Assembly: GCA_004284765.1 (NCBI GenBank)
Contig: NQJD01000003.1
Coordinates: 60,001 to 92,000, forward strand
Source: Candidatus Electronema aureum
GTDB taxonomy: Bacteria; Desulfobacterota; Desulfobulbia; Desulfobulbales; Desulfobulbaceae
Direction of reading: 5' to 3'
Length of the DNA: 32,000 nt
A model generated the notes under the pieces. That model worked only from the letters and a program-made list of their open reading frames with translations. It did no database searches and had not been told where the DNA came from. This document shows positions 17,716 through 25,887 of this stretch, piece after piece. Each line of letters starts with the position of its first letter. The first letter of the stretch is position 1. The position numbers were made by a program, and so were the translations under genes.

Positions 17716-18180
17716 CTATTGAACGATTGGTTGTCTTTTATTTTTTTGCATCGTTTCGCCATAAGCTCTTACAAGCTCTGGTGACATCTGTGTCTTCGGT
17801 TCATTTCTTGTTATTAAATTGCTTATCAACAACGTAGTCATCTCTGGTCTTTCGTTCTCAGGAAGCTTGTTCATTAGATCAATGGCTAGATATGTGTCTT
17901 GAAATTTAATTAATTTTTCATAAAACAAATTCAACTGCTTCATGTTTTTGTTATATAAGAAGAAAAAAGTAGCGGAGATAAATTCTGAAATTACACCCGC
18001 TATCGTTACAATAACCCCATGATTACTTGCATGTTGCGTGAATAGCATAACAACACCAGCAAGCAGTGCAACCAAGCCAACAATAACAGAACCTAAGCTT
18101 GCCCAAAAGCTCCATGTGGCATGGCTTAAATTTATCTCATAATATCTCTGCAACTTGATAAATTCATCTGGCGTTGACAT
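17716..18180 (-). CDS. Small 2-TM membrane protein resembling SLATT / TRADD-N-associated 2TM effector domains
   Basis: ORF 17716..18222 begins with TTG; the ATG at 18180 (MSTPDEFIKLQRYYE) is preferred. It has two adjacent TM helices (WSFWASLGSVIVGLVALLAGVVMLF; VIVTIAGVISEFISATFFFLY) followed by a helical tail. The gene is AT-rich with no Shine-Dalgarno sequence. The family assignment comes from architecture only. Confidence 0.55.
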   Translation of the reverse strand: MSTPDEFIKLQRYYEINLSHATWSFWASLGSVIVGLVALLAGVVMLFTQHASNHGVIVTIAGVISEFISATFFFLYNKNMKQLNLFYEKLIKFQDTYLAIDLMNKLPENERPEMTTLLISNLITRNEPKTQMSPELVRAYGETMQKNKRQPIVQ

Positions 18181-18280
18181 TATTTTTTTTACAAAAGGGA
18201 TAATAGGTTGTGTTCTAAACAAGCAGCACTGTCCCTTTGATCTGTCAGAATGTCTCTGGCAGTTTAGAGGCTAAAACCGC

Positions 18281-18302
18281 ATTTAAAAATGCCTGAAGGC
18301 AT
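18281..18302 (-). terminator. Weak hairpin plus U-run immediately after nuoB/C
   Basis: Minus-strand AUGCCUUCAGGCAU followed by UUUUAAAU, beginning 4 nt after the stop. The stem is only 5-6 bp. Confidence 0.3.
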
Positions 18303-18306
18303 ATCC

Positions 18307-19584
18307 TCAATACGGCCTCTTCACCACTCGCGTCGGATCATCATAATCCTTGCGCAGCGGATAGCCGGGAAAATCATTCTCCAAGAAAATCCGCCGCAGA
18401 TCAGCATTATTGCGGAAGCGCACGCCGAAAAGGTCGTACACCTCGCGCTCATGCCATTCCGCACCGAGATAGAGATCGGAGATGGTTGCAATTTCCGCAT
18501 CGCCGGTGGCCGGATCTTTTTCGGCCCGGCTGCGGAAGAAGAGCTTGTGGCCGTCGCGGCAGGAAAGCATCTGCACCACGATGTCAAACGAGTCTTTCCA
18601 ATCCACGCAGGTGAGCTGAATCAGCATGTCAAGACCGAGGCTTTGCTCGTTTTTCACGTATTCGGCAAATTCGCGGTATTGCTCCGGCGGCACGACCAGA
18701 TCAAGAATGTAGTCCGGCCCCAGCTCGGCCACGGCTTTCGGGCTTACACCCGGATGATCATGCACCTCAACAGCTGGAAATTTTTTCTGAATCATTTGCA
18801 GCAGCGTCCAATTGCTGATGCCTTGCGCTGCCGGTTTTCTGCGCGGCGGAGTTGGAAATTCCTCTTTCTTCAGGCGGGCGGACTTGGGCGCGGTGCTGGC
18901 CGGTTTGTCACGCTTGAACTGCTCCCGCGCCTCGCGCAGCTCCTCGTCTTTCCGTTTTTCCTGCTCGGCCCATTCCGCCTGCGCCTTGCTGAAGATATCC
19001 TCGAACGGCACTTTCAGCGTGTCGCGGACTTTCCACGGATTGCGGCGACCTTCTTTCTTAATTTTTTCTTGCAGCTGCAAGATGCCTTGGATCAGAGCTT
19101 CGGGCCGGGGCGGGCAGCCCGGAATATACACATCCACGGGCACCAGCCGGTCGCCACCTTTGATCACCGAGTAGGAATCGTAATAAAACGGCCCGCCGGA
19201 AATGGCGCAGGAACCCATCGCGATAATGTACTTGGGCGCAGGCATCTGCTCGTAGAGCGTGACGAGATTTTTCGCCATTTTCTCGTTGATCGTGCCGGCA
19301 AGGATGATCATGTCCGCCTGCCGGACGCTGGCGCGCATGACCTCGTAGCCGAAGCGGGCCAAATCATGCCGGGCGGCGATGGTGGACATCATCTCGATTG
19401 CGCAGCAGGAAGTGGCATAGACCAACGGCCAGACTGAATTGGCCCGTCCCCACGCCACCAGCAGCTCAACTGCGTCAACCAGTTTGATGCCGCCGGGTGC
19501 CCGCTCAATCAGCTCGCCCGCTTGGCGGACCAGAACTGAGGCTCCGCTGCTACTTATTCCCATACCAGAACCCCCTTGCGCCAT
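18307..19584 (-). CDS. nuoB/C: Fused NADH-quinone oxidoreductase subunits B and C
   Basis: The N-terminus has the NuoB pattern ([17 protein letters not shown]...[11 protein letters not shown]...[11 protein letters not shown]). The C-terminus has the NuoC pattern (...[44 protein letters not shown]). A charged linker of about 85 aa joins them. An alternative start at the ATG at 19563 would give an 8-nt overlap with nuoA. Confidence 0.9.
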   Translation of the reverse strand: MAQGGSGMGISSSGASVLVRQAGELIERAPGGIKLVDAVELLVAWGRANSVWPLVYATSCCAIEMMSTIAARHDLARFGYEVMRASVRQADMIILAGTINEKMAKNLVTLYEQMPAPKYIIAMGSCAISGGPFYYDSYSVIKGGDRLVPVDVYIPGCPPRPEALIQGILQLQEKIKKEGRRNPWKVRDTLKVPFEDIFSKAQAEWAEQEKRKDEELREAREQFKRDKPASTAPKSARLKKEEFPTPPRRKPAAQGISNWTLLQMIQKKFPAVEVHDHPGVSPKAVAELGPDYILDLVVPPEQYREFAEYVKNEQSLGLDMLIQLTCVDWKDSFDIVVQMLSCRDGHKLFFRSRAEKDPATGDAEIATISDLYLGAEWHEREVYDLFGVRFRNNADLRRIFLENDFPGYPLRKDYDDPTRVVKRPY

Positions 19585-19937
19585 GCGTAGATCAGGCCGG
19601 AAAACAAAACAAAGATGAAGCCGAACAATTCAATATAGAGCAGATTGATGGTTACTGCGCCAGCCGCGCCAGCAGCCACTGCACGGAAAATAATCATGCA
19701 GGGGAAGAGGAACAGCGTCTCAATGTCGAAGAGGAGGAAGAGCAGGGCGAAGATGTAGTAGGCGACCTTGAAGCGGATGCGCGCCGCGCCGATGGGCGTT
19801 TCGGAGCATTCATAGGCCTGACGCTTGAGAAAGCTGTCCGGCGAACGGTAGGCGAGCAGTCTGGCCATTAGCATTGCGCCGCCCGCAAAGATTGCGCCGA
19901 GAAAGGCCGTAACACCTATAAGTATATAACTGTCCAT
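19554..19937 (-). CDS. nuoA: NADH-quinone oxidoreductase subunit A
   Basis: 127-aa 3-TM ORF (YECSETPIG...[13 protein letters not shown]), first gene of the operon. Confidence 0.9.
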   Translation of the reverse strand: MDSYILIGVTAFLGAIFAGGAMLMARLLAYRSPDSFLKRQAYECSETPIGAARIRFKVAYYIFALLFLLFDIETLFLFPCMIIFRAVAAGAAGAVTINLLYIELFGFIFVLFSGLIYAWRKGVLVWE

Positions 19938-20033
19938 AGACTTGCATGTGCTGAATTTGACATATTCCTTGCTGTTGCAATCAACCGTAAGTGAAGATCA
20001 AAACTGGCTAATTGTCAAGAAGAAAAATTGTCA

Positions 20034-20050
20034 CAATTTTGTGTGTATTA
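20034..20050. promoter_or_regulatory. 17-bp perfect palindrome AAAATTGTCACAATTTT in the nuoA / M48 divergent intergenic region
   Basis: Read directly from the sequence. A second AATTGTCA copy lies 16 bp to its left, and the reverse complement of 20023-20028 is TTGACA (a possible -35 for nuoA). Confidence 0.45.
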
Positions 20051-20315
20051 TTAAGCCCTGTTTAGTAGGCAACCACTCAATTATCTTGTACAGTGGCGGA
20101 AGAAATTTCGCGTGTCGCAACGAAAATTTTTTATTTTACCCTCTTCTTTTCTATCAGTCAAATAGATAATAGTTATAAACGAAATTAGATAGACTGATGA
20201 GTCGGTGGCTTCTGCCGGGCGCAGAGACTGGCTGCTTGACGCACACCATGTCGGCAGGGTAGTATGCGGCAGGTGTTCTTATATCGCGGCAACAGGGAAT
20301 ATCTTGGATGAAAGA

Positions 20316-21737
20316 ATGAAGACACTACCCAGACGGCTTCAGCGGGCCGTTGTCCTGCTGGCGACTTTTCTGTTTCTGCTGCCAGTTTTTGCGTACAGTT
20401 TTAGTATCGGCGATGAACGGTTGATCGGCGAGCAACTGCTTTATGCGGTGCGCGGCGAATTCGAGCTGATCGACGATCCTGATATCGCCCAATATATTAA
20501 TGATCTTGGGCGGCAAGTGCTGGCTACAGCAGGGCCGCAGTATTTTGACTATCACTTTTTTGTGGTCAAAAATAGCCAGTTTAATGCTTTTGCCGCCCCG
20601 TCCGGCTTGATCTTTTTCAACACCGGCCTGATTAAGACCATGAAAAGCGAGGATCAGTTGATCAGCGTTATGGCCCATGAAATCGGCCATGTGACCAGCC
20701 GCCATATCTCTTCACGCATGGCCAAACAGAGCAAAGTAACGGCACTCAGTATGCTCTTCGGTCTTGCCAGCTTGGCTGTGGGCGATCCCGCTCTGACTCA
20801 AGGGTTGTTCACCAGTGCAATGGCCGCAGGTAGCGCAGCTGGACTGAGTTTTTCCCGCCAAGACGAAGAGCAAGCAGACCGGCTGGCTTTTGATTGGTTG
20901 CGGAACATGGGCCGTGATCCTAACGCGATGGAAGACATGCTCAAGACCATGCGCCGGATTACTCGTTATAGCTCCGAGCAACTGCCGCCTTATTTGCTCA
21001 CGCATCCTAATCCCGAAGATCGATTGAATTACGTGCAATCGCTGATAGAACGTGATCATTCCAAGCCAGCAGGTCAATTGAAGGCAGCGGCAAAGGACCG
21101 TTTTGCCTTTCTTCGTTTTAAATATCGGGTACTAAGTCAGTCCTTAGAGCCAGATGAAATGCGAAATTGGTGTGCCGGGACTATCGCCTCAGGAAAAGAT
21201 GCGGAGGAAATCAGCATAGCTCGCTACGGCTTGGCTCTGCTCAGTGCTCAAGAAATGGACTTCAGCGGTGCGGTCAAGCAGATGGAGGAAGTGCGGCAGG
21301 ATTTTCCGGGCCGAGAGATTTTGGACATTGATCTGGCAGTGCTGCGGTTAGAAGCTGGCCAGACTGCCCAAGCCCTCCAACTTCTGCGCCGGGCACATGA
21401 GCGCGATGCTACAGACATTTACGCCGCCTTTCATTTGGCTAAAGCCTTGGAGAAAAGTGGTGATTTATCTGAGGCAGAGCAGTTACATTTGGAAATCGTC
21501 AAAGTAAGACCTGATTATCCGCAGGTTTATTACGAATTAGGTCGATTGAAATCTCGTCAAGGTAAGACTAATGCCAGTAATTTTTATTTGGCCAAGCATT
21601 ATCTCTACAAAGGCCGAGTCAAAGATGCCAAGCAGTATCTTCAGCGAGCGGAAAAAGATCAAAGTTTGCCCAATTCGTTGCGCGAGGAAGCCCGTTCTAT
21701 CTTAGAACGACTGAAAAAAATAGAAGATGCGTCATGA
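20316..21737 (+). CDS. M48-family Zn metalloprotease with C-terminal TPR repeats (BepA/YfgC-like)
   Basis: ORF 20205..21737 starts at GTG; the ATG at 20316 gives a signal peptide (MKTLPRRLQRAVVLLATFLFLLPVFA). It has an HEIGHV zinc motif and TPR-like helices in the C-terminal half. Confidence 0.85.
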   Translation: MKTLPRRLQRAVVLLATFLFLLPVFAYSFSIGDERLIGEQLLYAVRGEFELIDDPDIAQYINDLGRQVLATAGPQYFDYHFFVVKNSQFNAFAAPSGLIFFNTGLIKTMKSEDQLISVMAHEIGHVTSRHISSRMAKQSKVTALSMLFGLASLAVGDPALTQGLFTSAMAAGSAAGLSFSRQDEEQADRLAFDWLRNMGRDPNAMEDMLKTMRRITRYSSEQLPPYLLTHPNPEDRLNYVQSLIERDHSKPAGQLKAAAKDRFAFLRFKYRVLSQSLEPDEMRNWCAGTIASGKDAEEISIARYGLALLSAQEMDFSGAVKQMEEVRQDFPGREILDIDLAVLRLEAGQTAQALQLLRRAHERDATDIYAAFHLAKALEKSGDLSEAEQLHLEIVKVRPDYPQVYYELGRLKSRQGKTNASNFYLAKHYLYKGRVKDAKQYLQRAEKDQSLPNSLREEARSILERLKKIEDAS

Positions 21738-21778
21738 TCCCTTGAAATCATGTCCCTCAACGCGGTGGTGCCGCCATC

Positions 21779-22189
21779 ATGCTGAAACGTTTCTCTGTCT
21801 CCCTTGAAGAAGAGTTACTGGCGCAGTTTGACGACTATATTACTCGACACGGTTATTCCAACCGCTCTGAGGCCGTGCGCGACCTGATTCGGGGGCGACT
21901 AATTCATGAAGCGTGGGAACAGGACAGTGAGGTAGTAGGCGTAGTTACGTTAGTTTATGATCATCATCAGGCTAAACTTCAAGAGCGGATCACTGAGGTG
22001 CAGCATGATTACTACCAGCTCATCACCTCGTCAACCCATGTGCATATGGATCATCACAATTGCTTGGAAGTGACCATCGTTAAGGGACTGGCATCTCAGG
22101 TGCGCGAGCTGGCGGAAGGAATGATTGCTCTGCGCGGCGTGAAAAGCGGTAATCTAACTATGAGTAGCACCGGCGACGATCTGCACTAG
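21779..22189 (+). CDS. nikR: Nickel-responsive regulator NikR (ribbon-helix-helix plus ACT-like domain)
   Basis: KRFSVSLEEELLAQFDDYI...GYSNRSEAVRDLIR at the N-terminus. The C-domain has the His/Cys ligand pattern (VYDHH...THVHMDHHNCLEV). Confidence 0.88.
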   Translation: MLKRFSVSLEEELLAQFDDYITRHGYSNRSEAVRDLIRGRLIHEAWEQDSEVVGVVTLVYDHHQAKLQERITEVQHDYYQLITSSTHVHMDHHNCLEVTIVKGLASQVRELAEGMIALRGVKSGNLTMSSTGDDLH

Positions 22190-22206
22190 CAGAGAAGAGG
22201 AACACA

Positions 22207-22644
22207 ATGGAATACAGAACAGGCTCAGTAGGCCGGGTGATTGCAGCCCGCTTTGATCACGGCGAAGATTTTTTGGCAGAGTTGCGCAAGATTATTCTCA
22301 CCGAAAAAATCGAAAGCGGCTGGTTTCAAATCATCGGTGCTTTTGCTCAGGCAGGGGTAGTGACTGGGCCGAAAGAGCCGGTGGTACCGCCTGATCCGGT
22401 CTGGCGGCAGGTGGATGCGGTCTGCGAGGTGGTCGGTAGCGGTTCGGTGCATTTAGATAACGGCGAACCTAAAATCCATCTGCACGCCGCCTTGGGCGAT
22501 CACGGTGAGACGTTGACCGCTTGCATACGCCGAAACACCAAGGTTTATCTGACGTTAGAACTGCTACTGTTCGAGCTGAACGGACTGGGGGCTTCACGAC
22601 CTTGGGATGAGCAGGGCGGATTCAGTAAGCTGAGGTTTAAGTGA
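22207..22644 (+). CDS. PPC (DUF296) domain protein
   Basis: 145 aa: GRVIAARFDHGEDFLAELRKI...GWFQIIGAF...EVVGSGSV...IHLHAALGDHGETLTACI...LEL. It begins 17 nt after nikR, with GAGGA upstream. Confidence 0.65.
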   Translation: MEYRTGSVGRVIAARFDHGEDFLAELRKIILTEKIESGWFQIIGAFAQAGVVTGPKEPVVPPDPVWRQVDAVCEVVGSGSVHLDNGEPKIHLHAALGDHGETLTACIRRNTKVYLTLELLLFELNGLGASRPWDEQGGFSKLRFK

Positions 22645-22684
22645 ATTATTGCCGTTGCATTTTTTTCGTTTCGGTGCTTTACGC

Positions 22685-22714
22685 TTGACATGATAACGGC
22701 AGCATGGTTATTAA
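22685..22714 (+). promoter_or_regulatory. Candidate sigma70-type promoter with an embedded inverted repeat
   Basis: TTGACA (22685-22690), 18 nt, TATTAA (22709-22714). TGATAAC-N9-GTTATTA (22691-22713) lies between and over the two elements. Confidence 0.35.
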
Positions 22715-22806
22715 CTCGCTAATATAGCTGAAATAAGAAAGTTTATCTTCGTCGTCCTGACAGTCCAAAGGCCGACATTATTTTTTTCTGACTAAGGGAA
22801 GATATA

Positions 22807-23298
22807 ATGGTTTTCATTCTGAATATCATAACTCATATTATGATTATCTGTGGAATGCTGGGGCTTATTTTTTATATCGGCTATGCTGTCCATAAAGAAG
22901 AGAAGATGTTTGAAAAAGTTATTTTGATCATCTCGTCAATGACTGGATTTTTAATTTATTTCGGCGCAAGAGCATTGGGGCTTTCTATCCCATCAATGAT
23001 GATGGCCTCTGTTTCTATTGCAAGTCCAATCAGAATGGCTTTTTTCTCAATTTTAATCCCTTGGTCAGTCGGCATCGCCGTGGCATGGTATTTTAGTTGG
23101 TGTTTGCAAAAGCATATTGACATTGCCTTTCGAGTGGTTATTTTGATCAGTGCATTCATTGTAACGCTGTTTGGCGACGTTTATGCTGCCTCTTACGCAA
23201 TGGAAACCAGCGGCAGCGTCGACACCTCATTATTGCCCAATCTCACCTTCACAGTGGGCATGGGACTGTATATCATTTTAAATTACAAAACTCGGTGA
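22807..23298 (+). CDS. Hypothetical polytopic membrane protein (about 5 TM)
   Basis: 163-aa hydrophobic ORF, AT-rich, with AAGGGAAG upstream. No family recognised. Confidence 0.6.
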   Translation: MVFILNIITHIMIICGMLGLIFYIGYAVHKEEKMFEKVILIISSMTGFLIYFGARALGLSIPSMMMASVSIASPIRMAFFSILIPWSVGIAVAWYFSWCLQKHIDIAFRVVILISAFIVTLFGDVYAASYAMETSGSVDTSLLPNLTFTVGMGLYIILNYKTR

Positions 23299-23350
23299 AT
23301 TTTCGCCTCTACTCATTATTTCCTGTCTTTTGACAAGGAGAGCTGTGCTT

Positions 23351-23926
23351 ATGAAACGTTTTATTCTTTTAACTGCCGCAATACTATTGAGCTTTAGTCA
23401 AGCATTTGCCGCTGGTAAGCCCTGCGAGAAACTCAAGGATGAGATCGCGACGAAGCTAACGTCTAAGAGGGTGAGAAATTACGAGCTGACCATTGTCGCC
23501 AGCGATGCAGTAAGTCCGGTGGGTAAGATTGTGGGCCGCTGCGAAGACGGCTCCAAGAAGATCATCTATAGCAAGCAAGTTGAGACGAAAAAAAATGCGC
23601 AACTGGGTAGCGATATTGCCATTTTGCCTCCTTCAGTGAAACCGACGCAAGAACCTATTACTCCGCTTCAAAATGATCCTGCGTCACCGAGCCAGCACGT
23701 TCCGGTTGTTGCTGTTCAGATGATTGAAGTCGGCCAAAAGCCTGTGGTCGCAATCCCAGTCATTAAATCTTGCGAGAAGCTGAAGGCAGAAATTGAGGCC
23801 AAGCTGTCTTCTAAAGGGGTTAAGGCGTATGAGCTGACCATTGTTGCCAAGGGTGCAGCAACGACAGGCAAGGTGGTGGGATATTGTGAAAGCAACGCTA
23901 AAAAGATCATCTATAACAGAAAATAG
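23351..23926 (+). CDS. Periplasmic protein with two DUF1161 domains joined by a Pro/Gln-rich linker
   Basis: The ORF track starts at TTG 23330. The ATG at 23351 (AGGAGA-N9) gives signal peptide MKRFILLTAAILLSFSQAFA. There are two copies of the pattern CEKLK.EI..KL.SK.V..YELTIVA......GK(I/V)VG.CE...KKIIY. Confidence 0.75.
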   Translation: MKRFILLTAAILLSFSQAFAAGKPCEKLKDEIATKLTSKRVRNYELTIVASDAVSPVGKIVGRCEDGSKKIIYSKQVETKKNAQLGSDIAILPPSVKPTQEPITPLQNDPASPSQHVPVVAVQMIEVGQKPVVAIPVIKSCEKLKAEIEAKLSSKGVKAYELTIVAKGAATTGKVVGYCESNAKKIIYNRK

Positions 23927-23960
23927 ATGAAAGATGACTGAGGCCGAGTACGCCGTTTTG

Positions 23961-24527
23961 TTATTGCGAAGCCTCGTCAGGTGTTACGTTACGTGGCATC
24001 TTTTTATCATACCTCTCCTGTTCGCTGTAAATACAGCCGCAGTAGGGCTGGCGATAGAGGTTCATGGCGACAGAGGCATCAATGCCCTGCTGCCAGCCTT
24101 CGCGAAAGTCGTGGTAATAAAAGCCAATGCCGTGTTGTTGGGCCAAGACTTCGCCTTTGTTCTTGAGCAAGCTGTGGTTTTGGTATTTTGAATAAAGCAA
24201 GGTACTGCTGAAGGCATCAAAGCCCTGAATCGCAGCCCGTTTCGCTGTAGGCGTTAGGCGGAGGTCATAGCAGAGGCCACAGCGGCTGTCCTCGTGAAAG
24301 ACTACTTGGCGTAAGAAGGCTCGCAGGCCGTAGGTGGAGTCGATCTCCACGTTAAAGTTCTTCTGCCGGGCAAATTCCTCTAACGCCTCAATCCGCCGCC
24401 TGAATTCCCGATAAGGATGAATATTGGGATTATGAAACCAGCCGCTCACCTCGTGTCCTTGCTGCCGAAGGAAATCGAGCGGATACACGGTACACGGCCC
24501 GCAGCAGACGTGAAGTAGAATCTTCAT
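23961..24527 (-). CDS. queH: Epoxyqueuosine reductase QueH (DUF208)
   Basis: MKILLHVCCGPCTVYPL...HNPNIHPYREFRRR...CGLCYDLRL...CGCIYSE. ORF 23961..24584 would include the strong hairpin, so the ATG at 24527 is preferred. Confidence 0.85.
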   Translation of the reverse strand: MKILLHVCCGPCTVYPLDFLRQQGHEVSGWFHNPNIHPYREFRRRIEALEEFARQKNFNVEIDSTYGLRAFLRQVVFHEDSRCGLCYDLRLTPTAKRAAIQGFDAFSSTLLYSKYQNHSLLKNKGEVLAQQHGIGFYYHDFREGWQQGIDASVAMNLYRQPYCGCIYSEQERYDKKMPRNVTPDEASQ

Positions 24528-24552
24528 TTCAGTGGCAATAGCAATACTGCTT

Positions 24553-24590
24553 GTATGCTTGGACAACCTCGATTGATTGTCCAAGCATAC
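24553..24590 (-). terminator. 14-bp perfect stem-loop between the porin gene and queH
   Basis: GTATGCTTGGACAA (24553-24566), a 10-nt loop, then TTGTCCAAGCATAC (24577-24590), 5 nt after the porin stop. No strong U tract follows. Confidence 0.55.
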
Positions 24591-24595
24591 ACGAT

Positions 24596-25714
24596 TTAGA
24601 AGCTCAACCGTGCTCCAGCCATAACGACGGAGATGTCCTCGTAATCAACCCCGGTATTGTCCTCCAAAGAGAACGCTCGGTAGCCCGCATAAAGCTGGGT
24701 GCTATAATCAGACAGCTCCTGTACAAACTGCACACCGATAGCAGTTGCCTCCTGCTCGGCATCCAACAAATCAGCATTATTAAAAATACCGTAGTCAACT
24801 GAAACTGCGGTTGAGCCGAAGGATGACAACTGATCGCACTTGTAGCCGATCTTGCCGTACATGAAACTGGGGTCGTCACCGTAAGCAGGCATGTTGTCCA
24901 CATCCTTACTTGAGGCTGCAACCGTGAAATTTAGACCAGAATTCAGTAGAAGCGAGGCAGAGCCGTTGATCTGGTTATAGCCTTCGCCAGGATTAGACCA
25001 TGCTGCCTTGGCTTCCAGCTGATTGCCGTTGAACTCACCAGCATAGCTCAGAGCGAAGTCAACTACTTCCTCCTCACCCGCAGAAGCCCCAAAAGTGAAG
25101 CCGCCGAACGAGCGCGTCTCGTACAGAACTCGGTTGATCTTTCCTAAACCTTCTGCGGAGATGCCGCCATGAAAGACTGCATCCGCTGTCAGATCACTGT
25201 ATCCGTCCACAGCTGCATCATAAAAAGAAAGCCCGCCGCCCAGATCAGCAACACCAGCATTGCCGATGATATCCGTGCCGGACAGGTCAACCTCTGAGCT
25301 TGCATCTGAGGCTGTTGATCCCTGACCGAGAGAGAGCTTGCCTGCATTCGCGGTGTTAATATACATTTCGATCAATTCCGCTGCAAACTCCCCGGAGATG
25401 CTTTCTTCATCCATAGACACTGCTCTGGCAGGATTAGCCTCCCATTTTAGCTCAACATTGCCGCCCACTGTCAGACATTGAGTAGCAGTAACCTCACCGT
25501 TCAAGCCCACTCTGGTCTCAGAGTGGGTGTTATCAACATGAAATATCTTATCCTGATAGCCGTCGTCAGCATACATCACCGCCCGATCAACTTCGCCGTA
25601 GAGCTGTACCTGCACCTTATCGTTGCCAGATTTGATCGGCAGTGCCGAAGCTGCTGTTGCGCCAAGCAGCAGAGCTGCGGTCAAGACAGTGATGGTTTGG
25701 ACAGAGTTCTGCAT
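24596..25714 (-). CDS. Outer-membrane porin (Gram-negative porin-type beta barrel)
   Basis: ORF 24596..25885. The start at ATG 25714 (AAAGGAGAA upstream) gives signal peptide MQNSVQTITVLTAALLLGATAASA. It has the VQVQLYGEVDRAV motif, alternating beta-strand pattern and a C-terminal ...AGARLSF. Confidence 0.85.
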   Translation of the reverse strand: MQNSVQTITVLTAALLLGATAASALPIKSGNDKVQVQLYGEVDRAVMYADDGYQDKIFHVDNTHSETRVGLNGEVTATQCLTVGGNVELKWEANPARAVSMDEESISGEFAAELIEMYINTANAGKLSLGQGSTASDASSEVDLSGTDIIGNAGVADLGGGLSFYDAAVDGYSDLTADAVFHGGISAEGLGKINRVLYETRSFGGFTFGASAGEEEVVDFALSYAGEFNGNQLEAKAAWSNPGEGYNQINGSASLLLNSGLNFTVAASSKDVDNMPAYGDDPSFMYGKIGYKCDQLSSFGSTAVSVDYGIFNNADLLDAEQEATAIGVQFVQELSDYSTQLYAGYRAFSLEDNTGVDYEDISVVMAGARLSF

Positions 25715-25838
25715 TGTTCTTTTCTCCTTTCTGTTGATTGCAAAGATGGGCAAAGAATCAGGCTGATTGAGAAAACCGTTCAATGCCGCGCCTCCCGCTG
25801 CTAATGTAGCAACTTGAACTAAGATAGCATAGGCTGCT

Positions 25839-25879
25839 CTGCCCAGACAATGAGGCGGAAAGCTCATTTTCATGGGCAG
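25839..25879 (-). other. Nested stem-loop in the intercistronic region after the NikL-like gene
   Basis: Minus-strand CTGCCCA tga AATGAG ctttccgc CTCATT gtc TGGGCAG, with 7-bp outer and 6-bp inner stems. No U tract. Confidence 0.4.
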
Positions 25880-25887
25880 AAGCACTT

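Noticed and set aside
20020-20050. Rex (redox repressor) operator in front of nuoA
   Set aside because: The palindrome has abutting TTGT/ACAA halves rather than TTGTGAA-N4-TTCACAA. The assignment is not supportable from sequence alone.
23981-23996. GTGTTAC (a NikR-box-like half-site) followed by GTTACG
   Set aside because: It lies inside the 3' end of queH, and no inverted GTAACAC partner occurs at N13/14. It is probably coincidental.
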